Shown: positions 18,407 through 29,676, numbered from the stretch's first letter. The stretch: DNA of 64,000 bases from a bacterium (GCA_963662285.2 CAXXMV010000001.1:608001-672000); one strand, 5' to 3'. A program made the numbers and translations. Notes: generated by a model from the letters alone, not told the origin.

Positions 18407-20761
18407 ATGAAAAAACTCCTGTTCCCCTTCGCAATGTTTTTGTTAATCGTTTCCACTTTATGCCTACAAACCAATGCAGCGGATAAACCCGGTATAAAAG
18501 TTGGAACCTTCAAGCAAGAGATCAGCCATTCATTCTCCACTGCTGATGGATTGATTTCCAACAACATACTGTCAATAGCCATAGCGCCGGATGGCGCGGT
18601 ATATGCTGGTACGGATAAGGGATTGTGCGTTTACCTTAATGAAAAATGGCGTAGGGTTGACATCGTTCCAGCCAACACTATCACGGCTTTAACGATTCGC
18701 GGCGATGACGTCATCGTCGCTGTGATAAACGAAACATCTGAAATCTATTCTATTTCCAATGGCGCCGCTAAAAAATTAGTCGATGTTCCCGATGGGACTA
18801 TTCATGACCTAAACGCCGGAGACGAAATCATCCGTATTGCCGCAGATAAACATTTATATACGTATGACAATACAAACAATCTTAGTGTCACAGAAAACCT
18901 GATCATGCCCCGCTCCGTGGCTGCAAGAAAAGATGGATATGTTGTAATAGGTGGATCAATCAGTTTGATGTACAAACCTGCTAATCATTCATCCTTTCTG
19001 GCCAGCAGCCCGAAAATGGGTAATGAGAAGAGTTGGTTTCTGCGAAACGTTAAAGGCGTAACCTTCGACAGCCAGGGCCGCCTATGGTTCGCCAGTCCGC
19101 AGGGCGTGGGATGCATGAATACTGAGGATAATTCATGGACGCTCTATACCGGCCAGGACGGTCTGCCCTATAACGATTTCACCTGTATAGCCCCCGGCGA
19201 AGACGGCGTGGTCTGGTTTGGAACCAGGATCGGCGCCATCCGTTTTGATGGCGAAAACTGGAACTACCGCCAGGGCAAACGCTGGCTGCCCAATGACCAG
19301 GTCAACGATATCGCCGTCACCAAAGAAGGCCATGCCTGGATCGCCACCGCCAACGGCGTTGGATTAATCGAACGCCGCCCCATGACCCTCAAACAAAAAG
19401 CCGATTTCTATGAAGATGAGATCGAAAAATATATCAAGCGCACTGCGTATGGCTATCTTTCAGAAGTCCATCTGCCTACTCCCGGCGACAAGAGTAAAAT
19501 CATCTACAGCGATAGCGACAATGACGGCCTATGGACCAGCATGTACGGCGCAGGCGAGTGCTTCGCTTATGCGGCGACCAAAGACCCCTACGCCAAAGTT
19601 CGCGCCCAAAAAGCCTTTGAGGCCCTGCGCTTCCTATGCATTGCGCCAATTGATGGTGAAGTAAAACAGCAGCCCGGTTATGTTGCTCGAACGGTTTTAC
19701 CAAGCAGTGAACCTGATCCCAACAAGCGCGGGGGATACACCCTGGAGGGAATGAAAAAACGGCGTGACAATGAGGATGGCCGCTGGAAAGTTTATTTCCC
19801 CCGCTGGCCTTTGACCAAGGATAAAAAATATTATTACAAAACCGATACCAGTTCTGACGAACTGGATGGACATTATTTCTTCTATGCTCTCTACTACGAT
19901 CTGGTAGCAGATACGCCTCAAGAAAAAGAACGCGTCAGAGAAATAGTGCGCAACCTCACCGACCACCTGGTGCGCAATGATTTTTGCCTGGTCGATCATG
20001 ATGGAACTCCAACCCGTTGGGGAATCTATAGCCCAAAAGTATTGAATCACGATTTCGCCTGGTATGCAGAACGCGGCTTAAACTCGTTGAGTATGCTATC
20101 TTATCTATCCGTAGCCGAACATATCACCGGAGACGCCAAATACGGCAAAGCATCGCGTGAACTGATCGACAAGCATAGTTATCATCTCAACGCCATGTAC
20201 CCCAAAATGCAGCGCGGCGTCGGTTCGGGCAATCAATCTGATGACGAAATGGCTTTCATGAGTTTCTACAACCTGCTCAAATACACCAAAGATGAAACTC
20301 TGCGCAACCAGATGCTATTCTCATTCTTCAACTATTGGACTCTAGAATTTCCAGAGATGAATCCATTCTTCAATTACGCTTACGCCGCTTGTGGATACAA
20401 CAAAACATTCACCGATCCCTGGGGGACTTATCAATTATCACCCTGGGATGGCTGGCTGGAAGATTCCGCCGCAACCTTAAAAGATTTTCCTTTGGATCGT
20501 TTGAACTGGGCGCAACAAAACAACCATCGCCTGGATATCGTATCATTGGGCCGACATTCAGGCACTGATCCTGACAAAACCGCCCGTCAAAGAGGTCACC
20601 GGATAAATGGAAAAGTCCTCTCCGTCGCCGAGAGGCATTTCAACCATTGGAACACCGATCCCTGGACATTAAATTACGGCGGCGGGGGAACCACCCTGGG
20701 CAATGGAACCGTCTATTTACTGCCTTATTACATGGGGCTTTATTATGGTTATATTGAGTAG
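18407..20761 (+). CDS. Secreted protein: two-component-regulator-type beta-propeller plus probable alpha/alpha-barrel domain
   Basis: Signal peptide; DGLISNNI, DSQGRLWF, DGLPYN repeats; C-terminal DSDNDGLWT and TSSDELDGH. Confidence 0.7.
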   Translation: MKKLLFPFAMFLLIVSTLCLQTNAADKPGIKVGTFKQEISHSFSTADGLISNNILSIAIAPDGAVYAGTDKGLCVYLNEKWRRVDIVPANTITALTIRGDDVIVAVINETSEIYSISNGAAKKLVDVPDGTIHDLNAGDEIIRIAADKHLYTYDNTNNLSVTENLIMPRSVAARKDGYVVIGGSISLMYKPANHSSFLASSPKMGNEKSWFLRNVKGVTFDSQGRLWFASPQGVGCMNTEDNSWTLYTGQDGLPYNDFTCIAPGEDGVVWFGTRIGAIRFDGENWNYRQGKRWLPNDQVNDIAVTKEGHAWIATANGVGLIERRPMTLKQKADFYEDEIEKYIKRTAYGYLSEVHLPTPGDKSKIIYSDSDNDGLWTSMYGAGECFAYAATKDPYAKVRAQKAFEALRFLCIAPIDGEVKQQPGYVARTVLPSSEPDPNKRGGYTLEGMKKRRDNEDGRWKVYFPRWPLTKDKKYYYKTDTSSDELDGHYFFYALYYDLVADTPQEKERVREIVRNLTDHLVRNDFCLVDHDGTPTRWGIYSPKVLNHDFAWYAERGLNSLSMLSYLSVAEHITGDAKYGKASRELIDKHSYHLNAMYPKMQRGVGSGNQSDDEMAFMSFYNLLKYTKDETLRNQMLFSFFNYWTLEFPEMNPFFNYAYAACGYNKTFTDPWGTYQLSPWDGWLEDSAATLKDFPLDRLNWAQQNNHRLDIVSLGRHSGTDPDKTARQRGHRINGKVLSVAERHFNHWNTDPWTLNYGGGGTTLGNGTVYLLPYYMGLYYGYIE

Positions 20762-20920
20762 GATTTCTCTGTATGCAGCAGAAGCCGGTTGAAAGACATG
20801 ATCCCTCTCCCCAAACTTGAGGGGAGAATTAAAGGCTTACTTAATAGATACGGAACGCGTAGACAACATTGATGATCTATGACCAAACTAAAAGATCATA
20901 AAATATTGAAGGGGAAAATC

Positions 20921-23170
20921 ATGAGATTCTTCTTGAGTTTGATTTTATTGATCCCGATTATGAATTGCCAGGCATCCCTGACAATAACGATAAACAATCA
21001 ATCAGATTATGTGATATTTATACCGGAAAAACCAACTGAAGTTGAGCATTTTGCCGCCAAGGAATTACAGCAAACCATAGAGCAAATGACGGGCGTTAAA
21101 CTCGCTATTAAAAATCACAATCAGAATAGTACAGCCCCGGCTTTTTTTCTGGGAAATATTGTGGGATTATCCACCAAAATCAAATCATGGCATCCAGCGG
21201 AATTTGAACCTGAGGAATATTTATTAAAGACCGATGGAAGAAATATCCACATCGTCAGCCATGAACCTCGCGGTTTGCTATATGGCCTGTACGCCCTGCT
21301 CAAGGATAAATGGGGTTGCCGTTGGTATACGAGAGATGTTAACAAAATCCCCGTCAACAAAAATCTCGCGCTCCCTGAATTAAATGAAACCGGCAAACCT
21401 GCTTTTGAATCACGCGAAGTCTATTTTATCGAAGCATCCGATCCTCATTGGTGTATTCGCAATCGTTTGAACCGTTCGATGAAGGGCATCCCGGAATCCT
21501 TGGGCGGCGAATATGGCATATATCCTTTTGTTCACACCTACTACCAATTGGTTCCTCCCAAGAAATATTTTGAAGAACATCCTGAATACTATTCGCTCAT
21601 CGATGGGAAACGAAAAGGCGAAGAGGCGCAGCTCTGTTTGACCAATCCAGCAGTTCTGGCAATTGCCACTCAACAGGTTTTCAAATGGATCGAAGAGCAT
21701 CCTCAGGCCAGAATCATTACGGTTGACCAGAACGATGGCGGCGGCTGGTGCCAATGCGAAAAATGCATGGCTATAAATGATGCCGAAGGCAGCCAGTCCG
21801 GAACAATTTTGAATTTCGCCAATTCCATCGCCGATGCGGTGGCGCAAAAGCATCCCCATATTTCCATTCAAACATTGGCCTACTATTATTCAGAGAAACC
21901 GCCTAAAACCATCCGGCCTCATAAGAATGTCATCATCCGGTTGTGCCGTTACTCCGAATATTGCGACGCGCACCCCATCGAAGGCTGCAAAGTAAATAAG
22001 CCCTTCATAGATCAACTGCAATCCTGGAGCAAGATCGCTCCCCGCATAATGGTTTGGGATTACCTGGTCGATTTCCGGCACTTCTTTATGCCATTCCCTA
22101 ATTTTGACGGCATTAAAAAAGACCTGAAGTTTTATCACAATAATGGCGTCACCGGATTATTTGAACAGGGCAATTATCCCATGCAAGGCGGTGAGTTATC
22201 GCAGCTGCGAGCCTGGATTCTGGCTCAACTTTTGTGGAACCCCAATCAGAACGCCGATGATTTAATAGACGAGTTTATCGATAATGTATATGGCGCCGCC
22301 GCTCCGTATATCAAAGAGTATCTTGAACTAATCCACACCAAAGTAAGAGAAGGTAACATACATTTCAATATGTACGCCGCGCCAACCGTGGGACATTTAA
22401 CTCCTGCTATTATCAAGCAGGCGGAGCAAATATTCGCCAAGGCGGAAGCGGCGGCGGATAATCCCGCAGTATTGAAACGGGTTGAAACCGCTCATATACC
22501 TGTGCTCTACACCCGCTTATTCTTTTATACTATCGGCGGCAAAGCAGCCTATTTAACTGATAAAGAAATGCCGTCGGTGCGTGATAAGTTAATTCGCATC
22601 GCCAAAGAAAACGATATAGGCCAAGTTGCAGAGAACCGGAAGCATGGCACTTTTCAAGATTTCATTGATAAAGTAAACCAGAGCAAAGGTCTTTTTCTGA
22701 CGGATTGGTGGGTGATTGGACCCTTTGATAACCCTGATGAAAAAGGCCTGGAAACCAGTTATCCTCCGGAAAAATCTTTCGACGCAAACCAGACCTATAA
22801 GGGGATAAACAATCAGTCAATTAAGTGGAGACGCTACCAGGGCAAAGATACTGGTTATATCGATTTTACCCATATCTTCGATAATCCTGAACTTGGAGTA
22901 GCCTATGCCAGAACCACTATTACTGCAAAAGCTGACGTCACAATCAAAATCGGCCTCGGCAGTAATGATGGCTGCCGCTTATGGCTAAATGATAAATTAG
23001 TACATGATCAACCAATCCAACGCACAGCCATACCAAATCAGGATATTCTGACTGTACCTGTTAAAAAAGGCGAAAACTCAATACTAATGAAAATCGACCA
23101 GTTCGGAGGCGGCTGGGGATTTTATTTCTCAATATTAGATGGGGAAGAATTATTCTCTGGTCTGAAATAA
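20921..23170 (+). CDS. Secreted DUF4838-like protein with GH67/GH20-type N-domain and C-terminal PA14-like domain
   Basis: AAKELQ, RGLLYGLY, HPEYYSLIDG, LCLTNP, CQCEKC, WWVIGPF, GSNDG. Confidence 0.7.
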   Translation: MRFFLSLILLIPIMNCQASLTITINNQSDYVIFIPEKPTEVEHFAAKELQQTIEQMTGVKLAIKNHNQNSTAPAFFLGNIVGLSTKIKSWHPAEFEPEEYLLKTDGRNIHIVSHEPRGLLYGLYALLKDKWGCRWYTRDVNKIPVNKNLALPELNETGKPAFESREVYFIEASDPHWCIRNRLNRSMKGIPESLGGEYGIYPFVHTYYQLVPPKKYFEEHPEYYSLIDGKRKGEEAQLCLTNPAVLAIATQQVFKWIEEHPQARIITVDQNDGGGWCQCEKCMAINDAEGSQSGTILNFANSIADAVAQKHPHISIQTLAYYYSEKPPKTIRPHKNVIIRLCRYSEYCDAHPIEGCKVNKPFIDQLQSWSKIAPRIMVWDYLVDFRHFFMPFPNFDGIKKDLKFYHNNGVTGLFEQGNYPMQGGELSQLRAWILAQLLWNPNQNADDLIDEFIDNVYGAAAPYIKEYLELIHTKVREGNIHFNMYAAPTVGHLTPAIIKQAEQIFAKAEAAADNPAVLKRVETAHIPVLYTRLFFYTIGGKAAYLTDKEMPSVRDKLIRIAKENDIGQVAENRKHGTFQDFIDKVNQSKGLFLTDWWVIGPFDNPDEKGLETSYPPEKSFDANQTYKGINNQSIKWRRYQGKDTGYIDFTHIFDNPELGVAYARTTITAKADVTIKIGLGSNDGCRLWLNDKLVHDQPIQRTAIPNQDILTVPVKKGENSILMKIDQFGGGWGFYFSILDGEELFSGLK

Positions 23171-23299
23171 TAAAAAACCAGTTTCTGATTCTCTATCACT
23201 GTAGGCATTCCATCCCCTCTTATTGGGCTACTCTCCGTACACAAATCAGGAGAGGAGAATGAAACGGGGAACATCATAGAATGGGGAGCATCATAGAAC

Positions 23300-23625
23300 G
23301 GGGAGCATCGGCTTCTAGCCGGTGTGTCAAAGAAACCTATAAACCAGTCAACCAATTCCGAATGTCTCGTAGAATCCTTCCTCACATACCTGATACTGGC
23401 CAAACCTATTTCATTACGTTCAGAACCCATGATATTATTATGCCAAACGAAGTATTGGTTGTTGTCATGAATTCATTTTTGTGTTGTGATGTCGGATTAC
23501 GTGCACATCCAACTGACGCCATTGGAAATTTCAAACCGTGGATATCATTCGATCAAAACAATACTTCATATCTGTATGAAGAGAACCGAAGGTGCTGGCG
23601 CACCGGCTAGAAGCCGATGCTCCCC
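23300..23625. repeat. Perfect 25-bp inverted REP pair flanking a RAYT relic
   Basis: GGGGAGCATCGGCTTCTAGCCGGTG (23300-23324) / CACCGGCTAGAAGCCGATGCTCCCC (23601-23625). Confidence 0.9.
23362..23600 (+). pseudogene. REP-associated tyrosine transposase (RAYT/Y1) remnant
   Basis: MSRRILPH...TYFITFRT N-terminus; shifted frame from 23480 reads CVVMSDYVHI (VMPDHVH-like); internally deleted. Confidence 0.7.
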
Positions 23626-23661
23626 TTTTTGATACTACAACTTTCTGTCTCTATAAGCCGA

Positions 23662-26577
23662 TTACCTAAATGGATCCAACACAGATAAACCGGGCTTCTT
23701 TTCGGGCGCAGGCTCAGATTCCTCGAAAAGCTCATTGGCCTCGATCAGCAGTGGATTGTGCGGATCAATTTCGCGGGCGCTGGCCAGTGCATTTTCCGCC
23801 AGTTTCCTGTTCTTCATCTTCATGTAACAGAGCGCCAGATGCACCCGGACGGTTGCATGGGTGGGTTGAATTTCTGCGAGACGTTTGAATATTTTAGCTG
23901 CCTGTTCGGGATGGCTTTTTGAATGAATCTCAATGCCTATATCAAAAGCTTCATCCGTGGAAAGAGCCAGCAGTTTTTCTAAAGACGAATCGAATTCTTT
24001 TGGATTATACAAAGAGAGCTTCAAGTGTTGCGCAACCAGAAAGGAATCGTCAGGCGCATATTGAAGAGCGAAATCCACGATCTGCTTGCATTTATTGTCG
24101 AATTTGTATTGTTGGTAAAATCTAATCCACACTTTCAGGCTGGAAAGTTGTTCTGATGCGCAATCCCATTTCTTGAAACAGTCCATAATCCACGTCGGCT
24201 CGGTTGCGTCGATCAGCGCACGTTCAATGTTGTGTTGCCATTCCTTTGGCGAAAACAGCTGCAAGGGTGCGGAAAATTCCAGGCGCATATTCATATCGGT
24301 ATTGAATTGGATATTGCTATCCTCCTCTAAAATCCAGCGCACCCGCTCCTCTGGCAACAGATAGCCTCTCAATAAAAAAGTCGCGGCGTCGTTTGCATTG
24401 AAGAATTGATTGAGATCCTTGGCGGCCATCGGCGCCTCATCCAGCAGTTTTTGAGCGGCATGTAAATCGTCGATGCTAAATTGCAGCGATCTTTCCGAAA
24501 CAAGCACCAGCGTATCTCCATTGGAAATACGGATCAACGCACAATGGGGGAACACGTCCAACAGGGTGCGCGTGATCATGTTGTACTCAACGCTGGTTAA
24601 ATTATAGGTATGAATCCATTGAGTGAAGATGCCGCCCGGTTTCAAACGCTGTTTGACTGTTTGATAAAATTCGCGCGTAAAGAGGTTAGATATCCCTGCT
24701 ATCCAGGGATTGGAAGGCTCGGAAAGAATCAAATCAAACGAATCCTGGCATCCTTCCATATAACTTCGGCCATCGTCCAGCACCAGATTGAAATTCGGAG
24801 AAAGTTGCGGTTGATGGTTTACATGTGAAAAATAATAGCCGCCTTCGATCACCGCTGGCTCGATCTCACAACACGTCACTTTAGTATTGGGAAACTTCAG
24901 ACTGGCGCCGGCTGTAGTACCGCTGCCATAACCAATGATCATAACATCGCTGGCTGTGGGATGAAACAATCGCGGATAATAGGCTAATCCCAACTGCATG
25001 GGCATATCGTTAAGATCATTGGCGTCGACTTTTCCATTGACGCGCAGATTACGGTTCTGTAGGGTTTCCAGCACCATAACGTTGCTGTGCGTGCTTTCTT
25101 TGAAATATAGAACCTGCGAGGAGTTAACATTTTCTGCGGGCAAATAACCATACCTGTATTGTCCCATGTTGGTTAGGCGTGGATCGGTGGGCCGGGAAAC
25201 CATTAGGATCAAGAGAAGCATACATGGAATCGCGGGAAGCAGGACGACAACCGACTTTTTCTGAGAATAAGGATACACCATCAACCATGAGACCGCATAG
25301 AGCGACATGGTTAATGCAACCGTAATATTCGATCCCAAAACCGGTAATAAAAACAACGGGACCAGGAATGTACCAGCGATGCTTCCCACTGTATTCCAGG
25401 TATACACCGATCCGACTACTTTTCCAACCTTGGTCGTGCGCCAGCGTAATATGTCGACAAACAGTGGAAACAAAAATCCCATACATAGCGTTGGAACCAG
25501 TTGCAACACACAGTTTACGCTGATCGAAATCAATCCGTTGAGCAGCGGATTGAATCGCAGGCGGCGCATGAATCCAACGGCTATACTCAAATAGGGCAAT
25601 GAAAAGAATCCTATGGCCGTGGTTAGAATCAGTAGAAAAACGACGACCAGTAAAACTCGGGATAGATTGGTGAATCGCCGGGCTATCCGGCTGTAGAGCA
25701 GACTGCCTAATCCTATGCCCAAGAGAAAAACAAACAGCATAGAAGAAAACGCATACGTAGTCCCTCCCAGAACCAGGGCCAGTTGGCGCGTCCATATCAG
25801 TTGTAAAATCAAGGATGCGCAACCAGTCAACATCAAGGCTGGGTATATCGCTTTGGCGGAAAAGTATGACGAGCAGTCAGGATCGATGGATGGAAACGGT
25901 CTTTCATCAATAACAGGCGTCTCCTCTATACTCTGCGTCTCTGCTGGATACTGCCGTAGAAGGAGATAAACCAGCATGGCGACGTATACATTGATCGCCA
26001 CAGCCAGGTAATTAGCGCCGATCATCCCCAATCCGGGAAGAAAATAGAATCCTGCGAAAAAAGCGCCGAAGGCGGCCCCAAGCGTATTGATGGCATAGAG
26101 CCAACCGGTTGTTTCGCGGTTCCAGGGTTGCACGATCAGGAAATGCTTCAACAACAATGGCAAAGTCCCGCCCATCAGCACGCATGCCGGACCGATGACC
26201 AGGAAAGTCATAACAAAACGAAAGCCGAATTGGATGTATGGGTGACCCTGCAATATGGGATAAACAGCCGCTGATAACCGATGCAGCGCCGCCAGTTCGT
26301 AGGGGATGATCAATGCCAATACGCCGATCAGTATCTCGCAGACGCAATACCACCCCAGCGGTGATTTAACCCGGTCGGCGATGCGCCCTAACAGAAAAGC
26401 CCCCAGAGCCAGGCCAAACAGAAAAGAGGTTACCACAACCGCCTGAGCCAGGGTTGAACTGCCGTAAACATGGGTGAATCGTTTGAACCAGATGACTTCG
26501 TATATTAATGCGGCCATTCCGGAAAGGAAAAATAATGAGGATGCGATCCGGACGAGGGAAGCAGATTTTTTTGTCAT
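23662..26577 (-). CDS. Fused MFS-like/spermidine synthase protein with C-terminal TPR
   Basis: SGMAALIYEV, LMGGTLP, LYAINTLG; IGYGSGTT, CEIEP, DDGR, SEPSNPW. Confidence 0.88.
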   Translation of the reverse strand: MTKKSASLVRIASSLFFLSGMAALIYEVIWFKRFTHVYGSSTLAQAVVVTSFLFGLALGAFLLGRIADRVKSPLGWYCVCEILIGVLALIIPYELAALHRLSAAVYPILQGHPYIQFGFRFVMTFLVIGPACVLMGGTLPLLLKHFLIVQPWNRETTGWLYAINTLGAAFGAFFAGFYFLPGLGMIGANYLAVAINVYVAMLVYLLLRQYPAETQSIEETPVIDERPFPSIDPDCSSYFSAKAIYPALMLTGCASLILQLIWTRQLALVLGGTTYAFSSMLFVFLLGIGLGSLLYSRIARRFTNLSRVLLVVVFLLILTTAIGFFSLPYLSIAVGFMRRLRFNPLLNGLISISVNCVLQLVPTLCMGFLFPLFVDILRWRTTKVGKVVGSVYTWNTVGSIAGTFLVPLFLLPVLGSNITVALTMSLYAVSWLMVYPYSQKKSVVVLLPAIPCMLLLILMVSRPTDPRLTNMGQYRYGYLPAENVNSSQVLYFKESTHSNVMVLETLQNRNLRVNGKVDANDLNDMPMQLGLAYYPRLFHPTASDVMIIGYGSGTTAGASLKFPNTKVTCCEIEPAVIEGGYYFSHVNHQPQLSPNFNLVLDDGRSYMEGCQDSFDLILSEPSNPWIAGISNLFTREFYQTVKQRLKPGGIFTQWIHTYNLTSVEYNMITRTLLDVFPHCALIRISNGDTLVLVSERSLQFSIDDLHAAQKLLDEAPMAAKDLNQFFNANDAATFLLRGYLLPEERVRWILEEDSNIQFNTDMNMRLEFSAPLQLFSPKEWQHNIERALIDATEPTWIMDCFKKWDCASEQLSSLKVWIRFYQQYKFDNKCKQIVDFALQYAPDDSFLVAQHLKLSLYNPKEFDSSLEKLLALSTDEAFDIGIEIHSKSHPEQAAKIFKRLAEIQPTHATVRVHLALCYMKMKNRKLAENALASAREIDPHNPLLIEANELFEESEPAPEKKPGLSVLDPFR

Positions 26578-26675
26578 AAGAAATACAGCGCCGTTGGAAT
26601 GGCTCCTTAGTGTAATTGATTATTATGATTATGATACAAATGTTATTGAAGAATCAGAATGCCGCCAAAAGTTAT

Positions 26676-26790
26676 CTGGAGCGGTTGTCATAATAACATT
26701 CATATTCGCGTTTCGAAAAAGCCAGTAAAGATTGGTTTTTCGAAGACTATAGACGATAATAAACGAACATAATTTTGACAACCGCTCTAG
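26676..26790. mobile_element. 115-bp MITE-like element
   Basis: CTGGAGCGGTTGTCATAAT / ATTTTGACAACCGCTCTAG ends; internal TTCGAAAAA...TTTTTCGAA hairpin. Confidence 0.55.
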
Positions 26791-26912
26791 TAGTGTGATC
26801 AACTTATTATGTCGGGCGACCTCGTCCCCTTATCCCCCCGGGAGAGGGCTAGGGTGAGGGGGAATTACAGAAGACCTCCTGACAAAAGAAACTAGTCGTA
26901 CTACTAGACGAA

Positions 26913-28193
26913 ATGAAAGGTAAAGTAATGAAATTGAATTTGAAATCGCTGTTGATAGTTTTTGTGCTTCTCTTCTGTGCAAACTCAGTTCCTGCCTCCG
27001 ACAATTGGCCGGACTGGCGTGGTCCGGCTGGTGATGGCCGCAGTGATGCTACCGGCATCCCTCTGAACTGGTCAGAAACGGAAAATATTGTCTGGAAAAC
27101 CCCTATCCATGATCTGGGCCACTCAACGCCTGTTATATGGGGCGATCAAGTCTGGCTTACCACAGCGACAAAAAACGGACAGTCTCTCTACGCAGTCTGC
27201 TTTGATCTGAATACCGGCGTAGTCGTCCACGATATTGAGGTTTTTCATCAAGAAAAGCCCCAGCGGATTCACTCGAACAATTCTTATGCGACGCCTTCGG
27301 CGGTAGTGGAAGAAGGGCGCGTCTATGTACATTTCGGAACCTTTGGAACAGCCGCCCTCGATTCGAAAACAGGGGAAGTGCTCTGGCGGCGGACCGACCT
27401 GAACTGTCAGCACATGCAAGGCCCGGCTTCTTCACCGATTCTGTACAAAGATTTAATCATCCTTCATCTCGAAGGCACCGACGTCCAGTTTTTTACCGCC
27501 TTGAACAAAAACACCGGCAAACACGTATGGCGGGTTGATCGACCAAAGGATTATTACGAAACAGTTAGAGCGACCGTTTACCGCAAGTCCTATCAAACGC
27601 CGGTGCTTGTTGAGGTCGATGGCCAGACGCAATTAATAAGCAATGGCGCCCTGATGGTGACTGGCCATGAACCACAAACCGGCCAAGAACTTTGGCAGGT
27701 GCGTTATGGTTACGATAGCGCAATATCCCGTATCGTAAGCGGACAAGGGCTGTTCTTCGTCAATTGCGGCGGCCCTCCAGGTAAGGCTCAATTATGGGCT
27801 GTGCGTCAAGGTGGTAAGGGAAATGTAACCGATACGCACGTCGTTTGGAAAATGACCGAAGATGTGCCGCTCGAAAGTTCTCCGGTCCTGGTCGGAGAGT
27901 TGCTATATATGATTAGCGACAAGGGCGTACTGATATGTAAACAGGCAAAAACAGGAGAAACGGTTTGGACAGAACAGTTAGAAGGTAAATACGGCGCATC
28001 CCCGCTGTATGCCGATAACCGGATATACATTTCCAGCAAAGAAGGAAAAACCACTGTCATTAAACCGGGACGAACCTTCCACCAACTGGCGGTCAACCAG
28101 CTTGACGGAGAACTTTGGGCGTCGCCTGCTATATCGGGCAAGTCGATTCTCCTACGCACCAAAACACACCTATATCGCGTTATGAGCAAGTAG
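26913..28193 (+). CDS. PQQ-like beta-propeller repeat protein (BamB-like)
   Basis: Signal peptide; NWPDWRGP, WSETENIVWK, SSP and TG..W repeats. Confidence 0.88.
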   Translation: MKGKVMKLNLKSLLIVFVLLFCANSVPASDNWPDWRGPAGDGRSDATGIPLNWSETENIVWKTPIHDLGHSTPVIWGDQVWLTTATKNGQSLYAVCFDLNTGVVVHDIEVFHQEKPQRIHSNNSYATPSAVVEEGRVYVHFGTFGTAALDSKTGEVLWRRTDLNCQHMQGPASSPILYKDLIILHLEGTDVQFFTALNKNTGKHVWRVDRPKDYYETVRATVYRKSYQTPVLVEVDGQTQLISNGALMVTGHEPQTGQELWQVRYGYDSAISRIVSGQGLFFVNCGGPPGKAQLWAVRQGGKGNVTDTHVVWKMTEDVPLESSPVLVGELLYMISDKGVLICKQAKTGETVWTEQLEGKYGASPLYADNRIYISSKEGKTTVIKPGRTFHQLAVNQLDGELWASPAISGKSILLRTKTHLYRVMSK

Positions 28194-28390
28194 CAAGTAT
28201 GAAAAACGGATGAATGAATCAAACGAGAAAAAATCCGGTCTTGCCCTTGGGCGCCCATCAATTAGAATATTTGGTATATTTATTGACTGTCAAGATAAAA
28301 TGGTATAAAGCACGGTAACTATTCAATAATTTGTTCGGCAGGGGTTTATCTTAGACTCATCTTAACTAAACCAATAAGGAGTAATGTAAG

Positions 28391-29635
28391 ATGAAAAAAA
28401 TCACGCGAATTATTGTCTTGACCGGGTTATTGAGCACCATGATGTGTTCGGCGCTTTACGCCCAAACATTTCTGGCAGATCCCGATAGCCCATGTTACGA
28501 ATCAATCAAGAAACTGGAGTCGGCCTATTATTCAAAGGTGGATACTAAGTTTAAGGATCTACTGGATTCTGCGTTTGAGAACATGCAGCAGTTGCCGCCA
28601 GAATATCCTGATGGCAACCCATGGATCGGCAAGAAGTTTTCTGACCTGATCCTTTTCCTGAATAAATGGTCATCCTTTCTCCCAACCGCTGCTGGAAGCC
28701 ACGATACGGGCTTAAGGTATATTGAGAAATTCGCCTGGTTCTACTACCAAAATCAATATGGCGTGGATTTTGTGCAAAAGTCGCCTGGACGGGAAATCAT
28801 GCAGGACTTTGCGAGGCAGAGGGGTGTTTTCATGGATAGTGAAGCCTCTACTTCCCAGATCGCGAATTGGTTAAGTGACGTCAGGATTGAGAAAGAGGAT
28901 TACATACTTCCTGATCCAACTGCGCCGGATGGCGGGTTTAAATCGTTCAATGAGTTCTTTACACGCACGCTTAAAGACCAGGATAAGAGCCGCCCGCAAA
29001 CAATGCCAGATCGTGATTATGTGATCTCTGCGCCAACCGATGTCATCATAAACTCGATTCCGCAAAAAATATCTGACGCCGACGCGCTGATACCGACCAA
29101 GGGTAATCAGGCATTAAATATAGTCGATATGTTGGGTGGCTCTAAATATGCCAATAAATTCATTGGCGGCACAGCGCTTTCCTGCGTCTTGATGCCTAAC
29201 ACCTATCATCACTATCATGCTCCCGTCGGTGGCCACGTCGTGGAAAGCAGAATTATCGAGGATGCCTTCTACGGTTATGATGATTTCCCATCCTGGGCGC
29301 CTATCAATGGAAACGTAGGTTATCACGGCACGGATTTCAGTCAGTTTGAAAAATTCCAACGCGGCTACTTTATTATTGACACAGGCAAGTATGGCCATGT
29401 CGCTATGATACCTGTCGGTTTAGATACGATAAGTTCAATCGTCTTCGAAGAGCGGTTCGCCAACGTAACCAAGCCGGCGCCCGTCAAACGAGGAGATAGG
29501 CTCGGACATTTTGCGTATGGGGGTTCAATGGTAATCATTGTTTTCGAACCAGACAGATATAAATCAGATGCCATACGGGTTCGTTTAGGAAATCAGATTG
29601 GAATATTTGATACAAAAGATTCCGATCCGCAATAA
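28391..29635 (+). CDS. Phosphatidylserine decarboxylase family protein with signal peptide
   Basis: FKSFNEFFTR, LMPNTYHHYHAPV, GHFAYGGS self-cleavage motif. Confidence 0.8.
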   Translation: MKKITRIIVLTGLLSTMMCSALYAQTFLADPDSPCYESIKKLESAYYSKVDTKFKDLLDSAFENMQQLPPEYPDGNPWIGKKFSDLILFLNKWSSFLPTAAGSHDTGLRYIEKFAWFYYQNQYGVDFVQKSPGREIMQDFARQRGVFMDSEASTSQIANWLSDVRIEKEDYILPDPTAPDGGFKSFNEFFTRTLKDQDKSRPQTMPDRDYVISAPTDVIINSIPQKISDADALIPTKGNQALNIVDMLGGSKYANKFIGGTALSCVLMPNTYHHYHAPVGGHVVESRIIEDAFYGYDDFPSWAPINGNVGYHGTDFSQFEKFQRGYFIIDTGKYGHVAMIPVGLDTISSIVFEERFANVTKPAPVKRGDRLGHFAYGGSMVIIVFEPDRYKSDAIRVRLGNQIGIFDTKDSDPQ

Positions 29636-29676
29636 AAATTCAGGTTAGAGAGTTCTGTGATTGTCGCATATAAAAC

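Noticed and set aside
23261-23324. Mini CRISPR array
   Set aside because: Units are 17-bp tandem partial REP copies with no unique spacers.
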